Origin: Podarcis gaigeae
Taxonomy: Eukaryota
Length of the DNA: 64,000 bases
NCBI GenBank assembly: GCA_964106915.2
Contig: OZ066918.1
Reading direction: 5' to 3' (one strand)
The first letter of the stretch is position 1. Every line of letters starts with the position of its first letter. Below the pieces are notes generated by a model that saw nothing but the letters and a program-made list of their open reading frames with translations, did no database searches and was not told where the DNA came from. Below, one piece after another: positions 47,050-60,456 of this stretch. The position numbers and the translations under genes are program-made.

Positions 47050-50000
47050 ATCAATCACATCAGCTTGCAACACACTCACGTTACTAATGATGTAGGAGCA
47101 TGACTTAGGAATCTGCCTTAGTCAGACCATTGGACCATTGGTCTGACTAGCTCAAAACTGTCTTCCACACTGTCTGGCAGGGTTTCAGACAAAAGTCCCC
47201 TCCCCACACATTGTCCTACCTGGAGATGCTGCAGAATGAACCTGGGACCTTTTGCAAACCATGCACCACTGAAATACCTGCCTTCCACAAAGCGACTTCT
47301 ACTTCCTCCATTGTGCGACGTGCACTCATTTATCTGTGAGTCACAGAAATCAGAGGACTGCCAGTTTAGAATGCGGCCAGCCCCTACGCAGTCTGGATCT
47401 CCTACATGTCCCGAGTTGATTTTGTGTGGGGTGAATTGGCTCTTTGTCTTGGCTGTGCCCACTGTCTTCCCCCATGGCAAGGAATAAGTTCAGTTTTCCA
47501 GATTCTTAATGGTGGCCTTTCAGGCAACTGAAGTTAGCTATCATTACAGGAAAGACAACGTAATATATTTTCCTCCCTTGTGCTTCAGAGATGTAAGGTG
47601 CCCTACAAAGGGTAGTGTTTCTATTCCCCAAACTGGCAGATAATCTGCTTCCATTATCAGGAATTAACAGTAATTCCTAGGCAAGGATTCTGTTCTTGTA
47701 GGATAAGACAAATCTAATGTTGATTTATGCCTTCTGACGTCAACTGCAGCAAAGGAACAGGAGGAGGCTGTGTAGGCATCATCCATTCAAAGCACATTGC
47801 TTTCAAGACATTCAGCTAATTTTTACTCAAAGCCAACCTGTGGAAACTAATGAGCATGGCTAAGTTAGGTCTGTTAATTTAAATAGGACTACTCTCAGTA
47901 AAGCTTAGTTCAGTGTTGCCCATTGTATGTACGCACATTTCAAAACTTGTGGAGCTAAATGTTCTTTACTCCAGTTATTCCAAGAACCTTAAAATTTCAG
48001 AATTGTCTTTAGGCATCCAAAGTAGCTGAGAGGGTCTGGACTTGGTTAAAAAGCTGTAGTGGTTGCTTGTCAGATTTCCTTCTTCCCTAACCCACATCAT
48101 TAGTGCCATTGTTAACTTTTATCTCTCTTTATCAGTAAATATCCTGTTGGTCTCAAACTTCTCCCAGATCTCACATTCTGGGGGTTTTTGTTCTCAGTCA
48201 CACACCGTGTGACATGATTTAGCATGACTTCCTGTTCCAATTAGAGGGTGAAGACCGGGAATAAGATATATTGTCTATCTACTGCCAACCTTTTTGAAGG
48301 TGCAAGCCAAGTCTATAATTTGAAACGCTTTAAGGCATGTGTTTATGCTCTACGCTTGTGTCGCAGGTCGGGGAAACTTTGCCCAGAGAAATCCAGATAA
48401 GTACTGCATTGATAGAGGTTCTGGCCTGCGAAATTCCTAGTGGAACCATGTTAAAACACTAAAAAGTCAGATTCAGCAAAATGAACAACAACACCCAGGC
48501 ACAGAAGAAATAACCAACACAAAGGAGGAACCACTCATAGATTCACCCTCCTCCCCTGCTTTCTGTTTGAGTTGGACTGGGAGAAGGTTGTTTCCCTACT
48601 AAATCAACAATAGAGCAAGTCCAGGGACAACTTGCAGCAGTGACAGAACACACACTTGGCTAATAAAATAGCCATGGCAGAACGTCCTGCATGAATGTGT
48701 GCTTTCAAAGCCTATTAAGCTAACAATCACTGTAACTTATTGTGGCAATGGATCTGATTATGTGTTGCGCGCTCTCGCGCGCGCGCACACACGCACAAAA
48801 TGACATTTGGTTTGTATACCTTGCAAGAACTGGATGTCCTAAAGAGACCGACCTAAACATCTCAATGACGTGTCCTTGGATTGTGAGCGCTCAAGGGGGC
48901 ACAGCTCGTTTCCTTATGTACAATTACTTTTGACATTTTTCAACTGCGGTGTGACTGAGTTTTCTAATCAGGTTTTGCCAGGACCTGGCCTCCACTGCAA
49001 GGACGTACTTCTTTCTCGATGTTCCTTACACAGTAATACAACGGTGGACAAGCACAGTTCTTAACTGGGAAGCAAACATTTCCAAATGGTAAAGAACAGA
49101 CACTTTTCCACCCAGGGACTGAGTAGAGGGATGCTTGGCAGAAAAAAATATAGCATACATCAAATTTAAAGATAAACTTTGGATAAGAAAGCTTTAAGAT
49201 AGAGGAAATTCCTAAATTTTAATTTAAATATTATTTTCTGAACGACATCCCCTCAGAAGAACAGTACACTTAAGGATACTGCAGTGTTAGAGATAACAAA
49301 ATTAGATCAGCAGTGATATCCACATTCTACATTAATATTTTCATTTGCACATCCATGGAAGAGACTTGCATAACCATGGGGATACAAGCCTGTGGCTGGC
49401 AGGTATTTGTAAATCACATACGCAAATGAACACTTACTTGATTACTTGAAAAAGGAATATTTTTAAAGTAATGAATTTTCATCTGTTCATTAGAAGTACA
49501 ATGATTAATCCCAAACTCCAGGCTATCCATAGCTCCTGACTGCTCTCTCATCCTGCTATACATTAATATGGCAGCATGTAAGCTTCTTGCGGGCAGAGAA
49601 CTTAGTGCTTATGAGATGAAAACTTGAGGGCCTTGTACTGTCCTACAAATGACTACATTGTTATTACTATTGTTATTTCTTCCTTCTATAATACTATCAG
49701 TGTATATGGGGCTTTGCAGACTACACAGGCATAAAGATGAATGTGTACAACTGCAGTTAACGTCCCCCGGTCTTGTTTTAGTGGAGGATAAAAACCCAGG
49801 AATTAAAAGGTAAATATAGTGGAGCTGAAAACACCAGGAGTTAAAACAATAATAATGAAGTAACTATTAACGTATAGGAAACAGGCACAAAAATGATCTA
49901 ACGCAAAGCCAACATCATAAAAGTCTTTATGATGCTAAAATTCCAGCCCAATTTTGACATCCTTTGCAGATAAAGAGCCTGCCCCATTAACCCCAAGCCA

Positions 50001-52098
50001 CATTACAGCAATGCCGAAAGGATGAGAGGACTCTCTGGGCTCTGATGAGATCTCTCCAGTGGAAAGATAAACCCATCTGTGTATGGGGCTGGGCTTGTAT
50101 TTTCACACCCCACCCCACTTACAATGTTATCAATGGCCTTTCCAATCAAAGTGCCAGAGGCATTAAATCCAGGCATAATATTTCAGAGTTCACGCACACT
50201 AGCAAAGGCTCGAATTCATGAAGCGGGTGACCACCTGCGATACTAGACACAGCTGATAGGGTTGGGATACGTGTGGGTGTGTTTTGCACATCAGCTTATA
50301 CGTTCATCACAAGACACCAGAAACATTGTGCTTCAGTGGGAGGTGAAACCAGCAGCGGCGCAACAAGCCAATTGGGCGCCTGGGGCGGCGCCCGTGCCTT
50401 GAGCTCAGGGGCGGGGCCAGCCGTCTGCGGGGGCGGGACCAGCTGGGGCAGGATGTTCCACAGGGCCTCCAAGGAGTCTGCCTGCGTCCTCCCACTCAGC
50501 CGCCCTACAGCTGGGGGGGGGGGCGCGAGGCAGCGGGCAGACCATTTGGGGCAGTGTGGAGCCTGCGGGTGCCCAAGCCACTGCGTCACTCCCAGGAGAG
50601 ATTTGTGTCTTGGGCACACTGCAAGCCCCGCAGTGAGTTCCACCCAGCATTTTGTCACCCCCCCCCCCAGTGGTGACAGTCGGCCCGGCCTGCACCCACT
50701 GCACCCTCCTTCCCCGGAAACCAGAACAGGTTTGCAGCTGAGGATGCTGCATTGTCTGCAGTGAGTTCAGCAAAGGTTTTAATTCCTGCATTGTACTGGC
50801 TTGAAAGAATTTACTCTCCTTTACATACCCCAGTGGGTAAGACAGATGGACAGAAAATCCTGTTGACCTTCAGGGTTTTCATAATCTACAATCTCTGTTG
50901 CTCACACGTCTGTGACTATCCTCAAAACGTTCCGTGTCCAATTTCAATCAATGGGTGGAATTCAACAAAGCCCTGATGAGATTGTTCCATTTTCTGCTTG
51001 CCTGATGGAATCACTTCCCTTCTGCTCCTTCTACACAGTGTTCTGGGGTTTTCCCCAACCCTCTTGAATAAATTTTGGGGAGGAGAAAGCCCAGTTGCAT
51101 TACCAGGAGTCCTTGCACTGGCTTTGCTGCTGGAGCGGCTTAGCTGAATCCGGCCCAATGTGTACAGACAGGTGTGGCCTGGGAAGATCTCCCCACCCTG
51201 TCGCCATCTTGTTAGTATCAAGTGAGCAGTCCTGAGTTTGTGTTGGGTGCTACGTGGTAGCAGGCTGGAGGCACAGAAGGTGGCAGGCAGGCAGGATACA
51301 TGCAGTGATGTCAGGGCAAAACATATAGCAGAGTTCATGTATAAAGCCCACCTTGAGTGGGTCCTACATCCACCCAAAGTGCAGTCAAAGTCAGTCGAAT
51401 AAGGCTGTGTGGATACATAAACAGCTGTTGAGATGGTGGTGATAATAAGAGCCATTAATATCATCACGGCGCACTTCAAGAAAGACATGGTTGGCAGAGC
51501 TGGTAAAAAAGTTAAAGGCCTCATACTGCCCCTGGAAAGCAGGGTCCAGGCACTGTGTCCCTCTGCACACATGAACAGATTTCCATTGCATGCTACTTAA
51601 ACAATACTCAGGACAAAGGCAATCTTATGTACATCTGTAGGTATTATCCAAGGAGCAAGATGTTGCTTCTGTAGTGTTCATGTACGTTCTATGCACAGAA
51701 ATGCATTGGTCCCCCGAACAAGCACTGGGTGCACTCAGATGTGGGGATTATTGTGATAGTTTTCTGGTTGTAATGCTAGTGCTTCTGTCCCTGTTTCCAA
51801 CATTCCTTTTATGCTGCATTACCTGCTGCATACAGAACTGTAGCCTTTTGACAGATATATCACCATGCCGTGCTAAATTCCATTCGTATCAATGACTGTG
51901 ACGTAACACAAAAGCAAACACCACTGTATGCATCACATCCTTTTTGAGCATGCCTGCTTCTGTTCACCCATGAAAATGGTGGGAGACGAAAGTATGCCAG
52001 AATAGCACCACCATTTCACGTGAGAGCCAGTGATGGGATCCGTGAAATTACAGCACAAGACTCCCACAGTTTTTCCAAGGGGTTAACGAAGTTGCAAA

Positions 52099-52130
52099 TT
52101 TATTTTTATTTTTATTTGCAAATTTTTATT
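52099..52130 (-). terminator. Candidate VEPH1 polyadenylation signals
   Basis: Four AATAAA hexamers on the minus strand ~410-440 nt past the stop codon. Confidence 0.4.
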
Positions 52131-52537
52131 TTTTCTTCCTGGAAGCAATTAACGTGGAAGCGAGTGTTGAACTTCCACTAGATTCTGCTAGATTTCCTGA
52201 AGTAGGTGTGAATGATTGCATAAAATACAAAAATGTTCCAGTGTGGAAACGTGGAGAAAATAGAATAAAGTGCTGCCTGAATGCAGCCACTATAGAACAG
52301 GAGAGATTGGAAGCACATTTGTCAATCTGAAGCAACTATAATGGACATGGCATTAGTTGCATTACTCCCCGCGCCACTCCTCATAAACAAGGGATGTTGC
52401 AACGGCGCCCAGCTTGAGCAACATTATCAATGAGGTCTTATATTGCCTTTTTTTCTCCTTCTGTGACTCAGATGATGAGATATTTTACATATTCGTGTGT
52501 GCTAGCCTTGTGAATCATATAAACAGGCCCAGAGTTC

Positions 52538-52774
52538 TTACAAATATGTGGTTGCTTCCCTGCTCTCCCTTTCTTTCGCTTGGGCCACTGCTACGTTAAT
52601 GCACTGGAGCCATTCCTCGGCATTCTTCTCATCTTTGGCCTTGAAAACGTAGGTCTTACTGTCCGTGAATATTTCAAAGGCCCGAGGGAGGCTGCGGTCC
52701 CTGCGTTTCTTGGCCACCACTTTGACACTCTGGACCTTGCTGAGCTCAATGGGGCAGTCGTCTGGGTCATCTTT
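52538..52774 (-). CDS. VEPH1: VEPH1 last coding exon (C-terminal half of PH domain)
   Basis: [78 protein letters not shown]; TTTTAG acceptor; known synteny with CCNL1. Confidence 0.95.
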   Translation of the reverse strand, partial: KDDPDDCPIELSKVQSVKVVAKKRRDRSLPRAFEIFTDSKTYVFKAKDEKNAEEWLQCINVAVAQAKERESREATTYL

Positions 52775-52846
52775 CTAAAACAGAGAAGGAAGTGAAGATT
52801 GGGGGGGGGGCAGGTGAAACAGAGTTCAAGGTTTGTGCTGACTATA

Positions 52847-53335
52847 CCGTATATACTTGAGTATAAGCTGACCCGAATATAAGCCAAGGCACCTAATTTG
52901 GGGGGGGGGACTGGGAAAACATATTGACTTGAATATAAACCAGTTCACCACACCACAAACCTGGTGATGGCGGCAGCGAAGAACAAGCAGCCCAAAAGGG
53001 CTGCTTTCAGGCTGCTCATTCCTCCTCTGCCGCTGCTGACGGGGCAAAGGTGGTGGAGCAGGAAGGAGCAGCATGAAAGGGCTCCTTTCGGGCTGCTTGT
53101 CCCTCCTCCGCTGCCACCGACAGCGGAAAAGGCAGAGGAGGAGGAAGGAGCAGCCCGAAAGGAGCCCTTTCTGACCTGACTGATAACCCTGGGCTATGAA
53201 GGGCTCCTTTCTCGCCGCTCGTCCCTCTGCCGCCATCCGCCTCACTCGAGTATAAGCCAAGGGAGGCTTTTTCAGCATAAAAATATGCTGAAAAAGTCAG
53301 GTTATATTCAAGTATATATATTCGAGTATATATGG
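52847..53335. mobile_element. Tc2/pogo-like MITE in last VEPH1 intron
   Basis: TA|CCGTATATACTTGAGTATA...TTCGAGTATATATGG|TA. Confidence 0.85.
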
Positions 53336-54474
53336 TACATGGTTGGTTAATCTGCTAAAAGTGGCCTGTTGCTGATGTGGTTCTTACATATTGTTCATCA
53401 CCATGCTATTCCACAGTATTGAACTAGTTTAACACTATTTCCTTTCTCCAGCGAACCCGGGGAACTATAGCTCTATAAGAAGGGAGAGGAGAAAATTCTC
53501 AGCACCCCTACCAAACCACAATTCTCAGGGCCCTTGGAGAGAAGCTGTGGCAGTTTAAATGGCATAACATCGCCAGACGTTTCTAGGGCAGATATACACT
53601 CAAAAGTCTCCAGGGAGGAAAAAATAACTCTTAAAGCATAATTTGTTCCACTGGAGTCAATCTTTAGGAGTGCGGCTTAATGAGACATCAATAAATTTTT
53701 GCATAGTTTAATGTGCGAGTTTCTCCTCTTTCAACATAAGCACAGTTCTCTAACTGAATCCAGAGATGTAGGATTTGGGCAATTTTCCCACCAGGGTTTT
53801 AAGCAGTCTTAATGCATGTGAAAGATGCCCGACTGATAACCCTGGGCTATGAAGTGCTCTGTTTCTTCTCAGAGTCAACCTGGCACATGCAGAGGCGTAT
53901 CCAGCAGGCTTCCACAGCCATGCCACCTGCAACGGTTCCTCTGGTGCAAAAGTACAAATTGTGACAGGAGGTGGGCCTTTAAGATACAAAGGCTTGAACT
54001 GAAGCCCATGGTTCATTTATCTCCATCCCATTATCTGTATGTAAGCCCAGAGAAATTACTAGGGGAGCTAAATGGAGGTACTGTACTTGTGCTCCTCTTC
54101 CAAGAATTGGCCTTGGTAGCATCTAGTGATGATCCATTGGAAAGCTTTGTGTGTTGCTGACAACACTTTGGTTACCCACGAGTGATGCTTCCCTCTCCAT
54201 TTTGCTCCATGGTGCCAACTTTGCACAAGCAAGGCAAGAAGAGCTGGCACGAGGGCACTGACATTCTGGAGTATTGCAGGAGCTGCAATGCTGGCAAATT
54301 GGCACTGGGCACAATCTGCCATGGCGACAAGGCTATCATAACTCAGCACGCGAGTTCGCCATGATTATATTTGGTACACTGGTAACCATTTGTTGAGAGT
54401 GTAAGGATCCCTTGCCATCTTTACAGTGTATGGAAGGAACTTCAAGGCCCAATTAGGCCGGAGAAATCTTAGTA

Positions 54475-54986
54475 AAAAGGTAAAGGTAAAGGACCTCAAC
54501 AGTTAAGTACAGTCGCGAATGACTCTGGGGTTGCGGCACTCATCTCGCTTTACTGGCTGAAGAGTTTGGATTTGATATCCCACTTTATCACTACCCGAAG
54601 GAGTCTCAAAGCGGCTAACATTCTCTGAGAGACTTCAGAGAAGTGTGACTGGCCCAAGGTCACCCAACAGCTGCATGTGGAGGTGCAGAGACGCAAACCT
54701 GGTTCACCAGATTACGAGTCTACTGCTCTTAACCACTACACCACACTGGCTCTGTGCCGAGGGAACCGGCGTTTGTCCGCAGACAGCTTCCGGGTCATGT
54801 GGCCAACATGACTAAGCCACTTCTGGTGAAACCAGAGCAGTGCACAGAAACGCTGTTTACCTTTCGAACTGCTAGGCTGGCAGGAGCTGGGACCGAGCAA
54901 TGGGAGCTCACCCCGTTGTGGGGATTTGAACCACCGACCTTCCAATCAGCAAGCCCTAGGCTCAGTGGTTTAGACCACAGCGCCAC
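54475..54986 (-). mobile_element. Sauria SINE interrupted by a tRNA-SINE
   Basis: 13-bp TSD AGAAATCTTAGTA; sequence resumes after the inner insert. Confidence 0.9.
54559..54750 (-). mobile_element. tRNA-derived MIR/CORE-like SINE nested in Sauria SINE
   Basis: Close match to 30136-30378 with an internal deletion. Confidence 0.85.
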
Positions 54987-56333
54987 AGAAATCTTAGTAG
55001 CTGTTACCTATTATATGCAAAAATTAAAAAGCGGACTGATCCACAGGGGGTGATGCTGTCATTTTATTAGGTGAAATAGCTGGGTAATGGTGTGGGGCAT
55101 GTAACTAGAGCTTTAATGAGTTTGCACCTGCCTCAATTGCACCTTAACCTAGAAATCCACATTAAAACTGTAATAATTCTGGATGAAATCCTGTTTATTG
55201 TTTTAGGCAGAAGAAGAGTGCTTAGAATGCTACTTGGGGGGAAAAACCTGAACAAAAATTAATCTCTCTCTTTTAAAATCCTCGAGCTTGCTAGAAATGG
55301 TTGTTCAGCAATTCAAATCTGCCAAATCCATTTGCTTTCCAGAAAGATACCAACTCCTTTGATTTACAAATGAGATCACCCATAAAGAAACTCCTTGCCA
55401 TTTTTCATGATGTGATATTCTTTTACCATTGAGAATAGAGGTACTTTTATGTGCCTCCTGCTCTGTTATGAAAGCAGGTCTAATTATCTTCCATTACGGC
55501 AAAAGTCCTTTTTCTAAGTCAATCAGATATGATACAATTGGTAGCAGAATTCATCCAATTAGCCTGGGAGAAAATCAACCTGAAGTCTGATGTATTCTTA
55601 AAACTAACCATCAGCCAATGGGATCAAGATGAGCAGGTGACAGCAAAGGTTGCAAGGTTTTAAGCCGGGGCAATTGGAATAAGATCCACTATTTGACTAT
55701 TGATTCAAAAACCCCAAATCTATTTTATATAATTGACTTTTTTATTTTTATTCTTTGTATATCGTATTGTCGTTTTATTGCTATGGCCGATGGCTGACGC
55801 AAATAAAAATTCATTCAGGGTTAATCTATTTGTTATGGCTTAAGTTGGTTAAGGCTTTACAAGACACACTTTAAGTGTTCCAGAAATATAACTCGGGATA
55901 AATCTACCAATTGTCTTATTTCTAGTTCTCTCTCAAGCCCACTCCTCTCTCTTGACATTTCTGTTATATCTGTGACTCACAGAGGCACAACACGATCACA
56001 ACCGCCTCCTCAAAGCAACCAATTCAGTTTCTGTGTCAAAACAAGGCACAGATTAATTAATTCGTCTCATCCAAGAGTGCCTGGAACAAAGTCAGCACTG
56101 GGAAACCACTGAAAATTAGGGCAAAGTCCTTAATCATCAGCTGGTACTGCCCCGATTGAGTGATGAGCATACATGTTAACTCACTTTTGTTATGTTATGT
56201 ATAATAAGCTTTTTCAGACATGTGAGCGTTTCGTTAAAGTTTGTGGTATATGAGAAATAATCATCAAGACTTTTAAGGCCTGATTATGCAGGGACATTTC
56301 TAAATGGTTTCTTTCCCCTCTCTCCCAACTTAC

Positions 56334-56470
56334 AGATTTCCCTTTGCGAAAGAGAAGCTGATTCCCAGCAAGCGTGAAATAGCGGGTTTTCCACCTTTTG
56401 ATGAATTTCCACCGAACTTGCTTTTCTTTCAGCTTGCCTTCAATTAAGGGTTGGCCATCTTGATTGACAA
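56334..56470 (-). CDS. VEPH1: VEPH1 penultimate coding exon (N-terminal half of PH domain)
   Basis: [45 protein letters not shown], 137 nt, CAG / GTAAGT, phase 0 with last exon; not in ORF track. Confidence 0.95.
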
Positions 56471-56482
56471 CTGTGGAAATAT

Positions 56483-56483
<1 letters not shown>

Positions 56484-56530
<47 letters not shown>
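56484..56530. repeat. (AG)n microsatellite
   Basis: Direct observation. Confidence 0.98.
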
Positions 56531-56534
<4 letters not shown>

Positions 56535-59500
56535 ATATTGTTATGAATTCTTGTTTCTCCTTTGGTGGCTCAGACTTTATAGAAAATTTAGAATCAGAAG
56601 CCCAGGATGTGGCATCTATATAAGCTGTTTTGCTATATCCCCCGCACCCCGCAAAACAAACAGCAACAGCAAAGAAACCATAGTTCAGATGAACCACAGT
56701 TTGCCTGGGTTTGGGTGACGTGACAAGCTATGGTTCATCTGAAACAGAAGGGGAACCTTCTAAACTCCTCATTGCGCTTGTGTTGGAAGAGGAGTACATG
56801 GGCTCAAAGCTTACTGGGTTTCATTTGTACAATAGGAAACTTTAGCGCTATGGCTGAATCAGCTCATTTTTTTCATACCAAGGAGTTAAACTTATTCCAT
56901 CCATTTGCAAACTAATTTTCAAAATTTTGATAAACAAGATTTCCCTTCCTTCTGTCCCTATGCAGCTGTTAGCAGCCAATCTCCCAGAGAACAAAGAGGA
57001 CATTTGGTGGCTGAGGAATACTGTTCTTGTCAGCTCTGAGAAAGAATGATGAAATTTAACAATGTATATGTTTTTAGAATGTTTTTACTATTTTAGAATA
57101 TTATTGTGTAGGAATTGTAGATGTGTTTGATGCCATGGGCTCCTTTGTGGGGAAGGGCAGGATATAAATTCAATAAATAAAATAAATAATACACCCAGAA
57201 TTTGTCTGCAAAAGTAAATCAATTTACACAAATATGTCTGCTCTGTTCTAGCTATAGATCTGGTGGTACCTGACTAGTGTTGTTGTTTTTTAAAGGAATA
57301 GATTCTAAGTAATGAGTCTTATTTTCTTTACTTTTAGCAAAGCCTCTTTATTTACAAGGGAGCCTGTAGACGCTGCTTTTAGAACTGCAAGAGATTAGAT
57401 TATTTGCAGCAGGACAAGCTTGCATAAGCTTTGAGAAACACAAGCTTTCATGTGATGTCTGAAAAGCAGTTTCTTGTTATGAAACTTCAGGTCCAAGTGA
57501 ATTTTCTTGGCCTTCTGATGCCACGTCTCAGCAATGTGGGACGCAAGAAATTCTAGTATGTCACTGAAGAGCTATGGTGGCCATGGACAACTTTTAATTC
57601 TAACTCCCACTGTGTATATTTGGATAAATCCATGGCTATGCAGAAATGTCAACTTTAAAGGGCGCCCTAACGGATGAGATGCCAACATGTCTGAGGGAGT
57701 AATTAAAACAAAAAAAGTTCAGAGGGTCACAATGAACTAGTATTCCAAATACTTCTTTTTTTATTTTCTTTGCAATTAAGCTGTCTAAACATGTACAGTT
57801 TTATACAGCAACCTTCTAACCTCTTTGTGGTAGAATCTTATGACTTTAATGGAAGCAACCTTTTCCATGGTATCTTAGTCACTGGATGAAGTGCTTTGGC
57901 CGGCATTGTAACAAAGCTTCTTATCTCAATCTGTCCGATTAAAAGTTAAATGCATTACCTTACTGTAATATTGATAAGAACAAAACTGGATACTAAGTGC
58001 CTCTCTGGCTAAAGACTTGTGGGCATGTGCATCAAGCAAAATATTCATTTGGGCTAACTAGGCTGGGATGAAGCCTAAGAATTCAAAGTCATGCACACCA
58101 AACAATTCACAAAACAGACGTCACAATCTCATTTGCTGGTGTGGGGAAGGGGGGGGGGAGTTCTGTTGCACAAGTGTAGATTCTTGCGCTGAAGGAACAA
58201 GTTACATAATGCTACTCTGGCTACAACTCTAGGTTTTGAGAGTGTTCCCTTAATATTCCATCAGCACCAAAGGAAATTTATCTCCTAACAGGGCTAACAG
58301 CAGTTTGGGGGCATTTTAATAAGGGAAATGGCAGGGAAGAAGGGGTAATTTCTCCATGAGCAATGGTCCTGCTCTTGATTTCTCCCTTCCCTGTCACATA
58401 TCTGTTATTTGAAGAAAAAATTAAGGGACCTGATGTAAAAGTAAGTATGGAATTTGAGGTTCCCAACCATTTGTTTGAAGCATCCTGCATCAATTAACAA
58501 CGTTTCTCACTGGAACATGCCCAGACCAACCCATTTTTGCGAAATTTGCACATGAAAACACAAATGGCGTGCATAGGCTATGTCCTAGTCAGCATCCCAG
58601 TTTGGGATTTTGTTGTATTAAGACTGCACTCCTAAACCTACATACGTGGAATGAATATTCTTGGGGATTTACTTTGGGGTAGATAAGTATAGGATTGTGC
58701 TATCAATGCTGCGTTTAGTTTGGCACTAGGTGCTCATTAGAATGGTAGCCTTCTTGCGGTTGCTAAGTCACTGGAAATAAGAAATTACTGTCGATCTGCT
58801 GCACACCACCCAGAAACCTACTGTATGATCACCATCCCCCCCCCCACCAGCCTTCACTTCTTCCACAGTGCATGGAAGATGTGTGCTATTTGCATCTACC
58901 TGAAATTTCAATACAGATATTCACAAAGCTCGTGTTTATGCAGAGAGGATTCAAGGAAGTAAATGTTTAAATATTTGCCTAACTAGGAAATAAACGCTTC
59001 TCGCAACATACGACTTCATTGAGAATCCCTCAACAATGTGAAAAATGTTGGCTGAAAAGGAAAGTTAAACACGATTCTCCTACCCACATACAAATGCTTT
59101 AATCATCAAGAGTTAGGTTCATAACTCAACAGTGTGAAGTGAGAACTAACCTTCACCCAAAGATCCCAGGGCAGTTCACATCATAAAAATACAAAGTGGG
59201 AATACAAAATAAAACAAATACAAACACAAACTAATAACCCCTCTCCTACAAACACATTTTAAAAACCATAGAGAGGCCTCGATGGCAGCATTCGACCCCC
59301 AGGCCCAAGCTCCCCCACCCGGGGGTATAAAATACATGTGTATTTCTGCTAGTAATTTCCACAACATGACTTTTGTTTTTCTCTAAAGGGAATGCTTTAT
59401 AAGCTAATATGAGGGAAAAATATAGGACTACGTGTGCAAAAACAGTCTAAAGATGCAATTCTATACACACTTAACTGAGAGTCAGTCTGATTGAATCTAC

Positions 59501-59878
59501 TCTCAATCCCCATAAATCTACTTTGCTAAAGAAAAGACAAGAAAATAAATTAAAACAGCACTGAATTTCTAAGAAACACATTTGCACATCATGTGTAGTT
59601 ATCCCCTCCACAGTATTTCCTAGGTAGTGAAGTGATTTAAGCTGTTAATGGAGAAAGGTTGATGTTGAAATATTGGGCTGTTATAATACCAGCCAACTTT
59701 CTGTAACCTTAGGCCAACTGGCTGGGTACAGATGCACAAGCACAGGGGGGAAGAGAATGAAGTAGGCTAGAAAAGGGCCTGATTGGCTAGAAGACTTGAA
59801 GACCCAAATCTCAGTTCTTTCACTCAGTCTGGTTCATTTTGCTTCCTTAAATACATCTCTGGGATCCAGGGTCCAGAT

Positions 59879-60129
59879 CATGGGTAGGTAAACTAAGGCC
59901 CGGGGGCCGGATCCTGCCCAATTGCCTTCTAAATCCAGCTTGCAGACAGTCCATGAATCAGCGTGTTTTTACATGAGTAGAATGTGTCCTTTTATTTAAA
60001 ATGCATCTCTGGGTTATTTGTGGGGCATAGGAATTTGTTCATTTTTTTCTTCCAAAATATAGTCCGTCCACCCCCAAGGTCTGAGGGACAGGGGACCAGC
60101 CCTCTGCTGAAAAAGTCTGCTGACCCCTG
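59879..60129 (+). mobile_element. hAT MITE, family A
   Basis: CATGGGTAGG...TGACCCCTG; TSD GTCCAGAT / GTCCAGAC. Confidence 0.9.
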
Positions 60130-60228
60130 GTCCAGACAATAAAACACTGTCAAGCTAAGGCATTCTATGGAATGGTCTTTGGCGTCTTTAGGAAACTTTA
60201 GGATTGCAATTAAAACACGATATATATA

Positions 60229-60456
60229 TAGTGGTACCTTGGGTTACATACGCTTCAGGTTACATATGCTTCAGATTACAGATTCCGCTAACCCAGAAAT
60301 AGTACCTTGGGTTAAGAACTTTGCTTCAGGATGAGAACAGAAATTGTGCGGTGGTGGGAGGCCCCATTAGCTAAAGTGGTGCTCCAGGTTATGAACAGTT
60401 TCAGGTTAAGAACGGACCTCCGGAATGAATTAAGTACGTAACCAGAGGTACCACTG
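60229..60456. mobile_element. Tc1/mariner (Tigger-like) MITE
   Basis: Same family as 12313 and 36144; ends GGTACCACTG|TA; sits in a (TA)n run. Confidence 0.9.

Noticed and set aside
50922-51572. Longest ORF (216 aa, minus strand) with a hydrophobic stretch resembling a signal peptide
   Set aside because: No recognisable domain, non-ATG start, no exon structure; consistent with a chance ORF downstream of VEPH1. BLASTp or dN/dS evidence would be needed to revive it.
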